DNA of 64,000 bases, taken from Sphyrna mokarran (taxonomy: Eukaryota). Below, one piece after another: positions 26,425-39,640 of this stretch (the first letter of the stretch is position 1; every line of letters begins with the position of its first letter). The position numbers and the translations under genes are program-made. Below the pieces are notes generated by a model. It worked only from the letters and a program-made list of their open reading frames with translations, was not told where the DNA came from and ran no database searches. The stretch is taken from the NCBI GenBank assembly GCA_024679065.1, contig JAGIQG010000006.1, forward strand, positions 86,428,001 through 86,492,000, read 5' to 3'.

Positions 26425-26920
26425 TGAGGTTCACTAAGCTGATACCGGAGATGAGAGGGTTAGCCTATGAGGAGAGATTGAGTAGACTAGGTTTGTACTC
26501 GTTGGAGCTTAGAAGGTTGAGGGGGGATCGTATGGAGACAAATAAGATAATGAAGGGGATGGATAGGATAGAGGTAGAGAGATTCTTCCCATTTAGAAAG
26601 GATAGCAGTATTAGAAGGCACAGCCTCAAAATAAGAGGGGGGGTGGTTTACATCAGAGTTGAGGAGGAACTTTTCACTCAAAGGGTGGTGAATCTTTGGA
26701 ATTCTCTGCCAGTTGAAGTGGTGAAAGCTACCTCACTGAATATATTTAAGTTACGCGTAGATAGGTTTCTAATAAGCAAGGGAATTAAGGGTTATGGGGA
26801 TAAAGCAGGGAAGTGGAACTGATCCACTTCAGATCAGCCATGATCTTATTGAATGGCGGGGAAGGCTCGAGGGGCTAGGCTCGAGGGGCTACTCCTGCTC
26901 CTATTTCTTATGTTCTTATG
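26425..26920 (+). mobile_element. Young 5'-truncated CR1 LINE
   Basis: RFTKLIPEMRGLAYEERLSRLGLYSLE.RRLRGD...FTQRVVNLWNSLP, tail ttcttatgttcttatg and retained CpGs. Confidence 0.93.
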
Positions 26921-27429
26921 AGATGAAGCATGGATTATAAGACCATTACTTGGAAGAAAGCGCCTTCCAAGCTCTTTCTTTTGGTACTAATTTTAAGCTT
27001 GTTATCAATTAACCGTCTGGTGGAAATAACCTTTCACTAATAACCTATTTCTGTATTTTTGAAGAGTTTATGGTCATTTAGCCACCCCTGTCTTGTAAAT
27101 ATTTCCATATCCCGCACACATCTTTAATCATAATTACATATCCTCTCATTTCTGATGCCATCCTACTAAATCTACATTACTCTTTTTTGCATGATGTTCA
27201 TTGCTGTGCCTCCAGTAAAATGCTTAGAACTAGCACAAATCTACAATAGTGAATTAACTTGTGCCTTGTATAGCTTCACTATAACTTCTGTGCATCTTTA
27301 GATAAAACTTAAAATTTCTAACTGGAATTCAGCATTTAATGATCTGTATATTTAGAGCACAGAGCTTACTTATTCACTCCATTGTAAAGTATACTTCGTT
27401 TCTATTCTCTTGTTTTTCTCTAAAATAAA

Positions 27430-27732
27430 AGTTAGAAGTTTTATTTGTTAGTTATAAGTAAGCTTACATTGACGCTACTGAAGTTACTGTGAAAAGCCCC
27501 TAGTCATCACACTCCGGCGTCTATTCAGAGACACCTGAGGGAGAATTAGCATGGCCAATGTACCTAACTAATCAGAATATCTTTTTGATTAGTTAGGCAC
27601 ATATTAGGTGGGAGGAAATCAAAGCACATAGAGGAAACCCACACAGACACTGGGAGAACATGCAATTCCAGCTGGAAATCAAACCTGAGTCCCTGGTTCT
27701 TTGAGGCAGCAGTACAAACACCGTGCTGCCCT
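27430..27732 (-). mobile_element. V-SINE variant with a different 3' tail
   Basis: gtgggaggaaatc..agcac..agaggaaacccacacagacac V domain. Tail aagttactgtgaaaagcccctagtc is also present at 55322-55428. Confidence 0.82.
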
Positions 27733-29149
27733 TCATATGATTTGCTGGATTTACGCTCCTTGATTTGAAGACGGTGGGGGGGATCTTCGAAAATCCAGCT
27801 TTTTGTCCATCCCTGGCTAGTCAGGCCTATTAAGGCCCTAAGGAGCCAACTAGTAGCTACTTAAAGACTTTATTCTACCCCTGGCCTATATTGACCAGCA
27901 GCTCTCTAAGGTGGAACTTCATGAGATGTGGCAGATGTCTTGTCTTAAAGAAGTCAATGCTGCTATAAGTGTTAAATTACTGCAGGACAGCCATCGCTCA
28001 CCAACTCTTCAGCCAGGGGAGATTGGGAACCATAGCGCCCTGCTACGTATCTGATTACATCCCTGACCTCCCAAAATGAACCTAACTTTCCTCATCTTTT
28101 TTTTGTTGTGCACATAAATTCAACTATCAGAAAGCACAAAGCTACAATAGTGAAAAAAGTTTTAACGGGACCTGGGTGCCGTCGTTGGCTGTAGGTCAGC
28201 ATGTTTTTCTCAAACCCAATTTCACTTGAGATAATGGTGCTCTGTCTCCTAGAGCCGCTGCAGTCCATATGGTGTAGGTACAGAGTGATTTTGACTCATG
28301 CATTGACTTCTGCAAGTAGCTGGAAGACTGGTATGGTAATTACTAGTATATGTAATTATGACAGAAAGATTGATGTGCAATAAAAGTAACTACTGGCTTT
28401 TGGAGAGTGAGTAATCCTCGTAACGCTATTATAATTCATAAAATCTCTGAACTTTGCAGCATATAAGTTGGCCTTTGTGCCTCTGCTGGTTTTGCTTTGA
28501 CTATTGACCTCTACTTCTAGCTGCCTTTGTTGCCCTCGTACATTTTTCCTCCACCACTGGCAGCAGAGCTTTCAGCTATTTTGGCATTATTCTGGAATCC
28601 GGTCCATGAACTCTTCCATCCCACTGTTTCTGTGTGTCCTTAAAACTCTTCTCGCTAACTGTTCTTGACTTTTCCAAACGCGATGTTGATTTGTTTTTTT
28701 GTCCCCTCTGTGAAATGTTTTGGGAATATTTTGTATGATAACACCACCATTTAAATGGAGGTTTTTAATTTTTTTTGCTGAATGTAAGATATTTTTGAAC
28801 CCAGATGTTTAAAATTGTGTGGTAAAGTTTATAAAGCTGCACTAGTGCTAACTGGATCAGTATAATGCCAGAAACCATGCAATAGAAATTCAATGAGAAT
28901 AGTAATTCATAGATTCAACTAGTTTGTTATTTTTGAAAATAGATCAAGCATCATGTTCAGTTATTCTCTGGATTAATGCAAATATATTGTTCAGTTTATA
29001 AATCACGAGTTACATATTTTGTATATTCCTCAATATTTATGTTAAATGTGTAGTATTGTATTACTTAGACCCTGATGCTTGGTCAACGTGTGGCATTTTA
29101 CAACCAGCTGGCTAATAATTGTAGAAAAATTGGTTTTGGGTTTTAGTCA

Positions 29150-29385
29150 ACTATAGAGGGTCAGAGCCAACTGGGTTATGTTTTCACTTGGCACCTGCAC
29201 ATACTGACTTTTTAATGGGAATAATTGAATATTAGCTGGTTTTCATCTGAGCAGTTCTGACACAAATTGCAGCCTATATACTGTTGCCCAGATGAGATCG
29301 GCTAACTCAAAAATGACCCATCCCAAATATCAGAATTCTTTTTATGCTTTGTAGGCTTGAATAGAGATTAGGCTAGCGAACAGCT
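29150..29385 (-). mobile_element. Old tRNA-SINE fragment (family of 32690-33060)
   Basis: tgagatcggctaactca is the reverse of tgagtt(t)gctgatctca at ~32747. Confidence 0.5.
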
Positions 29386-30161
29386 TCCCTCTACTATGTC
29401 CAAGTAGCAAGCAGAATGTTATGTCGCCTGTGGACAGATTTGCAAGGGTGGGTGGGAGGGTGGCCTGAAGAAATTCCGAGGGTGCCTTACCTTCGCACCC
29501 CAACCTATTTATGACTTAACAGGTGGCGGGAAAGCTCCAAATAGTCCTCGTGTCCTAAATGACCATTTCCTGACAGGCCCCTTTTCCATCAGAGGTCTGA
29601 CACCCCTCGCAAACAGGCATACTCACTCCTAGGTCAAGCGAGTTGGCTGGCAGATCTCTGAAGGAAGTCATCCTGGCCAGTTGACCAATTACCAGAGCAT
29701 TGACTATCCCACTTGAGCAGGGACAAGTTTAAACCAACTTCATTGATAAAATCCTGCCACCCGTAAAATCCTGCCTAATGCTTCTAAATTCTACAATCAG
29801 AAGTGGGAGGGGGAGGTGTTCTGCTAACTTTTTACATACTGATCCACAGGGGGAGCTCCTCAGTCATTTCCTAATTGTATACCTCAATATGCTGATATAT
29901 ATCCAGTTTGAATTATATTTTTCTCCACTCACTAATTATACTATGAAAGTAGATGCAAGTAAAAAGGCAACTTCATACCCTGAATTATTAATCAGCATAA
30001 TATAGTTCCACTGTATGTCTAATTATCATTTTGTCCCAATGGGTTGTCTCATACTTGGGTAAATTGCCATAAATAAACAAAATACTAAACACTGCAGACA
30101 CTTTACTATTGTTCTGCACAAAGGATTTATGGTGAATAATGTGTTTGTTTTTTTATTACAG

Positions 30162-30336
30162 CAAATGAAAACTCCAGAGAACCGGTTTTCGGGCCACAAT
30201 GTGACACCACAATACAGGATGCATTCTTACTACTCTGCAGCCTCATACCTGGGTCAAGGCCTAAGCACAGCTGCTTGTGTTCCTCAGCTGTTTACTCTGG
30301 AAGATGGTTCCTCTTTCTCAGATGTAAAATCCAATG
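30162..30336 (+). CDS. DMRT1: DMRT1 internal coding exon (equivalent to exon 4)
   Basis: Acceptor tttgttttttattacag|CAA, donor AATG|gtaggt, 175 nt, phase 0 to 1, in frame with the previous exon. Encodes QMKTPENRFSGHNVTPQYRMHSYYSAASYLGQGLSTAACVPQLFTLEDGSSFSDVKSN, with the DMRT1 signature QYRMHSYY..SYLGQ..VPQ.FT.ED. Confidence 0.97.
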
Positions 30337-31289
30337 GTAGGTTAAAATTTTTTTCGCTCAGTTCTATTATTAAAACTTAATTGCGTTAAAAAAAGGTCAG
30401 TATACATTTCTTTCAAAATCAACTTACTTGCAAAACACATAAAGTCCTTATTTGGAGTGGATGAATTACATGCTCATGAAAGTGGATAGAATGGGCAATA
30501 GAACATTTTTCCTTCCTTAACTGAATGTCAGCATCAGGCACTCCAGAGATTGTACATAGCAAAGGCCATATACAGGGTAAATTTTCCTCTACTTTGTCCA
30601 AAGAACATGCTAATTATGGCCTCAAAGTGTACTCCCCGCTGCACCAGTGCAACCTTTTTTATTTCCAGTATCTTCCTATGAAATTTTTTTTGGCGTGTCT
30701 CCCTTTATGTTTAAATGTTTTTAGATTTTTTTTAAAAAAATTAAGTGAAGTATTAAAATACTGCAGTTACAATGCCTATTAATTTTTCCACAAATAGTTT
30801 ATTATTCTATTAGCTTGCATCTCAAAACATTAGTACATGGTTAGCCAAGGGTAAAGGTCCATGACAAAATAAACAAGAAGTGAAAAAAACATATCAGTTC
30901 ACCGCTCTTGCATCTGAAACAAGACTTATGTATAAATACAAAAGGAATATTACAAATCTTTAATAAAAGAGGGTAAAAACTGAAAGTGCAGAGAGGTTAG
31001 TCAGCATGTGAAAGTAAGGTATGCCCAACAGTTCAAATGTAGTTCTTCGCCAGAATTTTGGTCCAAACTGAATGCTTGGTATCTTTGTTTAATAAACATT
31101 AAACATTTAATCATTTAAAAATAGCCAATAGGAACTAAATTAAATGCTTTCCTCTCCCATTTTTCCTTATTCTGTCTTTATCTGTCTTTTATTGCACAAT
31201 TTGCACTATATTATTGTCAGTTCATTGTTGTGCATTTATTCTGCACATTAGCAACACTGCCGCTTTTAAAAATCTTGAACTGTGGCTTT

Positions 31290-31335
31290 GTGGTTGAATT
31301 CTGCTGAGCCGTGGTTGAATTCTGCTGAGCCGTGG
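31290..31335. repeat. Perfect 21-bp tandem duplication
   Basis: (gtggttgaattctgctgagcc)x2 followed by gtgg. Confidence 0.95.
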
Positions 31336-31435
31336 CTGTCCTAAAATGAGAGATATGATCGCTCCTTTGTCATTAGATTCCTTGGGATGATCTTGGATTC
31401 CCATGGTAGGCAGCTTGCAGCCTGAGGTTATTCAA

Positions 31436-31778
31436 AGAATCCATAGAATCCCTAACAGTGCAGAATGGGGCTATTCGACCCACAAGTCTGCTCCGATTCT
31501 CTAAAGTAACATCCTACCCAGGCCCCATTTCTATAATCGCACGTATTTACCCATTAATCCCCTAACCCGCACATCCTGAAACACTAAATGGCAATTTGGT
31601 ACGGCCATCAACCTAACTTGCACATCTTTGGACTGTGGGAGGAAACTGGAGCACTTGGAACAAACCCATGCAGACATGGGGAAAATGTGCAAACTTGATG
31701 CAGACAGTCACCCAAGGCTGGAATTGAACCTGGGTTCCTGGCGATGTGAGGCAGCAATGCTAACTACTACTATCGTAC
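31436..31778 (-). mobile_element. HE1/V-SINE family SINE, near full length
   Basis: CR1-type tail, V domain and tRNA head (gaattgaacctgggttcctggcgatgtgaggcagcaatgctaactac). Confidence 0.9.
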
Positions 31779-32689
31779 CACTAGGTGAAAAGCTAGTTAC
31801 CATATTGGTATCTATTTCCTATCAGTAGAGAAATGCTTATTTACTTAAGATGTGCAGGAAGAAACAAGATTGGCCACTAATGTATGTAGAGTGAGAACAA
31901 ATTAGTTTACTGAGTGATAGAGATGCTGTAAGGAGACTCAGGGAGAAAGCATTAAGTCCTTTACCCTGGTTTCTTCAATGACAATGTTTAAAGATAAAGC
32001 AGGGCAGATTCTAAAGTATGGGATTGCATGATCTGTGGATGCCCTTACAGTCTCTCTGAGCAGTTGTCAGTTGAACAAAATTATGGTAAAATATTGGGCT
32101 TGAGACTGCCAAAAGTTTGTTAGAATATTTATAGCTAGCAGCGAGAGAGCTTCTATTCCACCTTGCAAAAGACTCATTGTCCACAATTTTTGTAGACCTC
32201 CCAGTCCAACAATGTTTTTTTGTCTGCAAACACATTGCAACTATTTTGCTGCCTATCAGTATAGTGCAGTATGTGTCTGTTCAGAGATTTAATGGAATAA
32301 TACCCTTGAGAATATGTTCATCATTCCAGTGCATTTTAGAGTAGGCCTGTCAGAAATCCGGGAATTAGAGTGAAGGAATGGGAATTCTTGCTGTCCGCAA
32401 ACAATCCAGCAAACTGAAACCTTGACTCAATTTAGATAATCGTTGGATAATTCTCCAGAATTTGCCGAGGCTTGTTACGTTTTCCAAATTAGATTTTAAA
32501 ATGTGCATACAGTTTTACCTGCATCTCAGTTGCTGCTGAACGATGTGCTAGTCAAATGTAGAATTTATTTTCTGCTGTGTGTTATATATGTAACCTGCAG
32601 GTGGTATGCTCTACACTGTAGAGGAATAAACACTGTATAACTTAAAGATGTAATTTAGACTCCTTCCAAATGATGAGAGGATAAAGAGT

Positions 32690-33060
32690 AAGTGTAGCAC
32701 TAACTCCTAAAGAACAGAAGTTCAAGTCTTAGTCCTCCATCTGTTCTGAGTTTGCTGATCTCAGCTGCAGTAATGCTCAGGTGCAACAATTTTTGCTTAA
32801 CTGACTTAGAGTCCTTGAACATGGTAGAGAATAGTCACCTGTGTTCTGCTTCTTGTTACTATCCAGTAGCTTCTGCTGGCAGTGCACATATATTTGCATT
32901 TATATATATGAAGATTGCATTGGATTTATAACACAACTCATGGATAAATAGTTTAATGGCACTCATTGTCTCAACACATATATTAGACTATTGAGAAAGT
33001 CATCAGAGAGAAATCAGTGTCTCTTGAACCATCTCCAACAAGAGACAGAATTTTCAGGAA
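32690..33060 (+). mobile_element. Old tRNA-derived SINE
   Basis: ctgttctgagtttgctgatctcagct...ctgcttcttgttactatccagtagcttctgctgg core, with related copies at 29150-29385 and possibly 52720-52940. Confidence 0.55.
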
Positions 33061-33799
33061 GAATGCAATATAAATGGTACTCCCTTTACTTGTAAAATAA
33101 ATTCTTCCAGTTTTGAAACCAAAGTGCCATTACTGTCACAAATGCCCACAAGTACTATTTTTCCCATTAGCCTATCATTGGAAACTGCACAGTCACTGCA
33201 ATTGCTCTGATGCGTCCCTTGCATCCAAGATTGCTAAGTGCCTAGGGAGGGGATATAAATTTTAAATATTTTTAGCAGTACCTTTGTAGAGTGATTGACT
33301 GTATGAGCAGAACTGTCATTCAACATTCTAAGGCATTTCAAAAAGAACATCTCATAGCTCAGCCTCCATTTGTCTCCTAACTTAGCCAGGGTAGTTGTCC
33401 TAGCTGTGTTGGCAACTTCCCAAGATATTTAATTGCACTTTATTCCCAAGAAATACAGGGAATAGACAAAGGGCAGGTAGGATGTTCAGTCCCCAGGATG
33501 GTTCCTGGTGAATTTGGGCTCTGCACATGTTACATCAGTTACAATATTGCACATTAATTGTTAAAAGGAGGAAGAAAGTCAAAGACTAGATCAGCAAACA
33601 TCTGGTACTGATCACAGAGGAATGTAAAATTGACAAATACTAATCACAAAAACTAACTGCAGAAGAGATGATTTGTGTGACAGGACAACATTAAGTTGTT
33701 TAGATTCCCTTTAACCGTGTTTCTAGTTTGATTTCATTCATTTATTTGAGGATGCATGCCTGTAAAAAAGAAAGCTTTACTGTTAGCACTGAGAGTCTC

Positions 33800-34190
33800 C
33801 TGTCTCGTGTAATGCACTGGAAGGTATTTTAGCACACTATTGTTTCACTTCTGGTATCTGGCTTTAAATCAGCCCAGGATGATGGGATGAAGGTCTCCTC
33901 TCTCTGGCTGTAAGGATCCCATGTGAAATTAATTTAGGCAGTCTCAATTTAGTTCCTAGTGGGTTATGGACCCACGACACAAAACTGCTCTTAATTTGAT
34001 ACTAATTGGCAATCTTACTCAGAGAGACTGGTGTATGGGAAATGGAAATATTGCACTGGTGTAGTAGGGAGTGCTGTCCTGAGGTTAGGATTAAGGCGCT
34101 TTGTTGGAGCAAAGTAAAGGGAGCTTTACTGTGCAGCTGCTGTTGCTGTGCCTGACCTGGGAATTCTTTACACTGATGCTGGGTAACTGA
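33800..34190 (+). mobile_element. LF-SINE-like ancient SINE
   Basis: Collinear blocks match the recalled LF-SINE consensus: tttcacttctgg..aaatcagcccagg; ccatgtgaaat...gtctcaatttagttcctagtgg...ccacgacacaaaac; actaattggca; aggttaggattaaggc...gggagcttt...gctgtgcctg. Confidence 0.7.
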
Positions 34191-36589
34191 ACAGGGAAAG
34201 TTTTCCATTACCCCAACACTACCATTTCTCGATGAGGATTAAAATTCATCGAACAAAAATCTGCAGCGATTAAAACAGTTGTTGGCATCAATACACCAAG
34301 CTCAGAATCCTCTCTGATGACACTGTTGACAACATCCAGAAGCCCTGACTACACTTCAGGAATGCCACTCAATGCAAACTGCTGAGTGTCTCTGGAGACA
34401 GGAACCTCTGAGTCCCTGAAGGTAAAGCTTCTTGATAATGATCTTATCACATTTTCTCTACTGAAAGTGCTCAGTTATCACTCTGAATAGCAATATAATG
34501 TTCCAGTAAAGGAATGGCAACATTATGTTGGCAGTACTATATGAGCCGTACAAACACTGTTTAGTTTGCTTACCAGATTCGCCAAAGGAATACGAGTGTG
34601 AGGACTTCTCAGCCTGAAACTGTTCCATCACCAGAGGTAATGTCAGGGAATACATTACAAATAAAAGATTCTTCTATCCGTTTTTTTGTAGTCAAACTTT
34701 TTGTTCATCATTTTATTTGTTGCTGTTTTTTAATGGAGAAAACCGATAAATTCTATCTAAAATATGTTCAAAATACTAGATTAATTTCTGCATATGGTTT
34801 AAAATGGTGGAAAAATCAGACTAATGAACACAGTTACGTAGATTCATCTGGAACTTTTAACACCTTCCAGATCTAGTGGAAGAGAGGTTTAGGTCATCTA
34901 GCTCCAAACTGAGACAGTAGCAACATACTTAGAGAACTACAGTGAAAGTATATGTCACTTCCAGCTCACCCCTTTCCTTCTCATTCAGTCAAACAGTGAG
35001 ATGAACATTAAACGGTAACTAATCTCTATAACATCTGGGCATCAGTCAAATTCTTAACTCTGTTTATTACAGTGGAGCCTAGAAAATATGATAGAATTGT
35101 AGTAGATGGATTAGATCCAAATTGGTTAAGTTACTCATCATAATAACATGGTTACCAATTATTTTTACATTTCAGTTAAGTGTGTGTGAGAGAAACTGTT
35201 GCTTCATAAAGTAGAAATTTGAAGAGTGAACAGCTGGAAGCTAAGACCTCTCTAATATTGTGGTTAATGTTACAACTCAGTATCTTTATAACTGAGATAA
35301 AGATCTCAGTTATTTAATGAGATATAGTTTACTGACATGCTGGATTCTGGCTTTGAGTCTGTTTGCCAAGTATAGCTTTTCTGAATTCTGATACTTGTAC
35401 ATTCAGCTAATGCTAAGTATTATAAGTATAAATATATGAATGATGAGGTGAGTGCACGAATGTCAATGTTACTGCAATGTTTTCTGTCAAATTACCAAAA
35501 ATATAATTGGTGCAATATCTGCAGAATTTTTGCAGGTAAGTAGGACAATTGTTTTAGATTGGTATTTCAGGAAATTAGAATATGTGCAGGAACTGATTGT
35601 GCAGTTGTACATACTTTGAAGCATAGCCATTATGTTATTCACTTCAGTTGTCATTTGTATCTGACCATAGTGAAGGAGGCATTGCCTGCAGATTTCAAGC
35701 TTCCCCTCTCTTTTAACCAGTGCAAATAAATTTAAAGAAGGACTAACAGATGCTGGAACCAAAGAATCCCTACAGTGCATAAAGAGGCCATTTGGCTCAT
35801 CAAGTCTACACAAACTCGCAGAAAGAGCATTCCACCCATTAAAAAAACTCCTAGATTAAAATAAAGCAACTTTTTATTTTTGTTCCCGACTTAAAGAACT
35901 TATCCTGTGAATTATATGTTTTGGTTAGTAATAGGTGTGAATGTTGGTCTGAGCATATACATAATCTGGGCAGAATTCTCCCAGGCCCCAGCTGGCGGGT
36001 TTGATGGTGGGCATGAAGGGAGAATATAGTGGGAGGCTCAGAAATCGGTTTCATACTGGCGTAAATTTACAGTGAGATCTTGTACTGGTGTCCGCCATGA
36101 TGGTTGTTAAATCTGCCAGGGGCCAGCTTGACCCTCACTTGCTTCCCATTAATCTGACGTGGACAAAGGCCAGAATCCCATGCCAGATTCTCTGCGCTAC
36201 CAGCAACAAAACATGTCGCTATGAAACACATTCGGGACAAAGTGATGTGCAGATGTTGAACTCACGTGAACAACCTCTGGGATTGCCTCAGGAGTTCATT
36301 GATGGAGGCCACCTACAATCCTGGACCTTGAAACACCACACAATGGATCAATGGTGCACCTGCAGATGAACCTTCCAGATTAGCTACTCTGAAAGGGATC
36401 TTCCAACCTCAGAATGTTCCTGAAGATCCATCTTCATTCTGAGGAGATCCATATTCCGTTCTCTGAGTGCCCCTCAAGATTTATCTTCATTTTCAAGAGT
36501 GAGTCAGTGATGTTGACTGCCTTTTCAATATGGCACCCAGCACAAGTGGCGGACTTCACACCATCCGGGCCTGCCCATCACTAAATATT

Positions 36590-37085
36590 AGAAGAGCACG
36601 TAGATCTCGATGGGTTGCAGGGCTGGAGGAGGTTACAAACAGGGAGGGCGGATGAGGTTGTGAAGAAATTTAAAGATGAGTGAGAAAGATTTTAAAATTG
36701 AGGTGTTACCACATTGAAAACAGATGTGGGTCAGCAACCATTGGAAATTGGTGAATAGAACTTTGTGCGAGTTATATTATGGCAGTATTGTTTCAGATGA
36801 GTTCAAGGCTGGCCTGGGAAACATTGGACTAGTCAAGTTTAGATATACTAAGCATGGATGAGGGTTTCAGAGCAAATGGGTTGAGTCAGGAGTGGAGTCA
36901 GGCAGTGTTACAGGGAAGTAAGTAGGTAGCCTTGGTGAAGGTACAGATTAGGGTTTGTAGTTTCATCTTGGGGTCAAATATGAGACCAAGGCTTTGGTTT
37001 GCCTGTTTCAGGCTCAGACAGTGGCTAGGGAGAGAGGCTGAGTTGCTGATTGGGGAATGGAGTTTGTGGCAGGGTGCAAAGACAG
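36590..37085 (-). mobile_element. Decayed L2 LINE RT fragment
   Basis: ORF 36898..37092 LSLKQ..QSLGLIFDPKM......TKATY.L.NTA resembles L2 LGV.FD..L.F..HI....K.A.FHL.NIA. Confidence 0.75.
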
Positions 37086-37134
37086 GCTTCACTCTTTAAT
37101 ATTTTATTTCCTCTGCTGGGGCAGCCTGCAACGA

Positions 37135-37405
37135 GGAGGCATAGGCTTAAAATTGGAGCTAGGACATTCTGCAGTGAAATCAAAAATTATTTTTCACACG
37201 AAGACAATGGAAATTAGGAACACTTTCAAAAGGATGCTTAAGGGGTGGGAAGGGAGTGTGATTTCAAGACTGAAATTGTTAGGTTTTCTTAGGTAACGGT
37301 ATCAAAGACGATGGATCAAAAATAAGTAGTGGAGTTAGATATAGATCAACCATAATCTAATTCAATTGGTAAAGGAGGTTAGAGGGGCTGTTTCTATGTT
37401 TTTCC
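37135..37405 (+). mobile_element. CR1 3' fragment
   Basis: ggcataggcttaaaatt (GH.LK) and 3' UTR agatcaaccataatctaatt. Confidence 0.7.
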
Positions 37406-38571
37406 TGTGGAATGCCAAAATAATTATACAGTGATCCTCGTTCACGGACTAAATGGGAAATAAAAATGCAAGGGACCAGAACAGATCATTGTACTCCATC
37501 TCACTAGTTCCACTGAGTCCCATTTTGCATCCTTTTTCTGCAGGACAAAGCAGACCCCAACTACTATAGACATATTGTCCAATCCATATTAAAATCCGGT
37601 TTAAATAAATTATAAAACTTGTGTAATTTTTATATTTGGGTTGCGTCTCTGTGAAACACTTTGTGACATTTTCCTGTATTAAATGCACTGAACAACTGCA
37701 GTTATTTTTGTTTGATGTAGAACGATATACAGGGTAACTGCACAGCAGGCTATATGTAGCTCAGTGATAGACTTACAAAAGAGGCTCTGCATGTTTACCA
37801 CTATGCCGGTGAAAGCAGTGAAGTCTTCATTTATCAATGTTGTGAGGGTTGAAGTGAAAACATCAATATATTTAATCTGTCAAGTATCAGACACCGTGAT
37901 GTATTGAACGATCTAAATAACAGAATTTTGATAGGATGAATTGTGGTATATTATTGAATTCACATTACTGAAAAATAACCAGAGGGTATACATTTTGTAA
38001 GAAAACTCATTATGTTAAGATTAACTATGTAGACTGTTGTAACATGTTTAAAATGTGTATGCAACACTATGTAGTAACAGCATACTTGTTTATTGGAGCT
38101 GGTCTAAATAGCATGCATTTACACCATAAAACATTTGGAGTAATGTATCGATATCAGTGAAGACTAGGTTCATAGGTAGGCCCTGACGGCACTGTCTGCA
38201 TGCATGAAGATCAACGTAGGCCTGCAGAGCATTGCTAGAATGGACTGTGTATGAACAGGTTTCTCCCCAGTGTTTACATCATCAGAACAGACTATTCAGC
38301 TGACAGGTCCATGGCAGTGTTTATACTCCTCATAAGCCTTCTCCCACTCTACTGCATTTCATCTCATGTGTATATCTGGCTTTCTTCTAAATGTATCTTT
38401 GCTCATCACTAGAACTACCCCTTCTGATAATAAGCTCCAATGTTAATCATTCCCCATCCCCCCTCGGGCTGCTGACTGTTACTGCCCTGGAGCCTAATGA
38501 GCATTGATTGACTGCGTGCAGGACTTCCATCTCTCACTTGGCAGAAATTCCTGCTCCAAGAGCAGAGTATA

Positions 38572-38940
38572 AAAGCTGGTGTCTAATGTTGCAGTTATAG
38601 ATCGTTGGTTAGACCACATTTGGGCTGTTCTCCTTGGAAAGACAGAGAATGAGAGGAGAGCTAATAGAGGTGTATAAGATTATGAAGGATACAGAGAGAG
38701 TGAACAGTGGGAAGCTTTTTCCCAGGTTGGATACGAAAATCATAAGGGGCTATTGGCTTAGGGTAGAGGGGCGAGGTATAATTCAGATGTTAGAGGGAGG
38801 CTTTTCACACAGAGTTGTGGGGATCTGGAATGCACTGCCAAGTAGGGTGGTGGAGACAGGCATGCTAGACTTGTTTAAGACTTATCTAGAAAGGCACATG
38901 AGCAGACGAGAGATGTAGGGATACAAAAGAATGTTCTAGT
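38572..38940 (+). mobile_element. CR1 3' fragment
   Basis: RMRGELIEVYKIMK...FSHRVVGIWNALP. Confidence 0.85.
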
Positions 38941-39242
38941 GAAGGATCAAGAGCCTCAGGATGTTCCTGGGAATCAATAGATTCTTATGGGCCGTTCAAC
39001 ATATTTTATGGCTCACCTGTCTCTTACATTGAAGCTACTAGGGATCTTCCCTGAATATCTGTATAGGCTGTGTATGTTTATAAATGTCTCTTTTTTCTAC
39101 ATCCACAGGTGATTTGGTCCGCCTTGTTATCCAACAAGGGGCATACATGCGGTGGGTTGTGAGAGGACTGCTCTCGGATGTTGCTTCGAGAGTTGCCCAG
39201 TGCTTTACGTCGTAAGTGTACGCTTAAACTGGACCAACTGAT

Positions 39243-39640
39243 GGGCAACACGACAGCTCAGTGACTAGCCCTGTTTGTTGTGCAGATACAGGGACCCGAG
39301 TCAGATCTCCAACTTGGGTCGGTGTCTGTGGGAGTTTGCACGCTCTCCCCGTGCTTGCGTGGATTTTCTTCAGGTGTTCTGATTTCCACCCACACCCCAA
39401 AAACATGCCTTTAGGCTGATTGGTGTTAACAAACTGTCCCTAAATTGCACCTCCCTTAATCTGGTGCACATATAATTCTCTAATTTGCACCCCTTTATTG
39501 TGGAGTCCAAGAGGCATTGACAAAAGTCGTATATAGAAGAAGGATTGGAATGAGGCACTCACTGAGTGTTAAAATGGGTGGCGTGGGCTTGTAGGGCGAA
39601 GGGGCCTGTTTCCTGTGCTATGTTGTTCTTTGTTCTTTGC
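39243..39640 (+). mobile_element. V-SINE (HE1-like)
   Basis: tRNA head cagctcagtgactagc...agggacccgag, V domain gtctgtgggagtttgcacgctctccccgtgcttgcgtggattttc and CR1 tail ggcgaaggggcctgtttcctgtgctatg. Confidence 0.85.

Noticed and set aside
26864-26891. 14-bp tandem duplication ggctcgaggggcta
   Set aside because: Slippage inside a CR1 3' UTR with no functional implication.
31290-31335. 21-bp repeat considered as a CRISPR-like array
   Set aside because: There are two adjacent copies with no spacer in eukaryotic DNA, so it is a simple tandem duplication.
31705-31778. tRNA-like A/B boxes (also at 14680-14726, 27670-27732 and 39243-39310)
   Set aside because: These are SINE heads, not tRNA genes.
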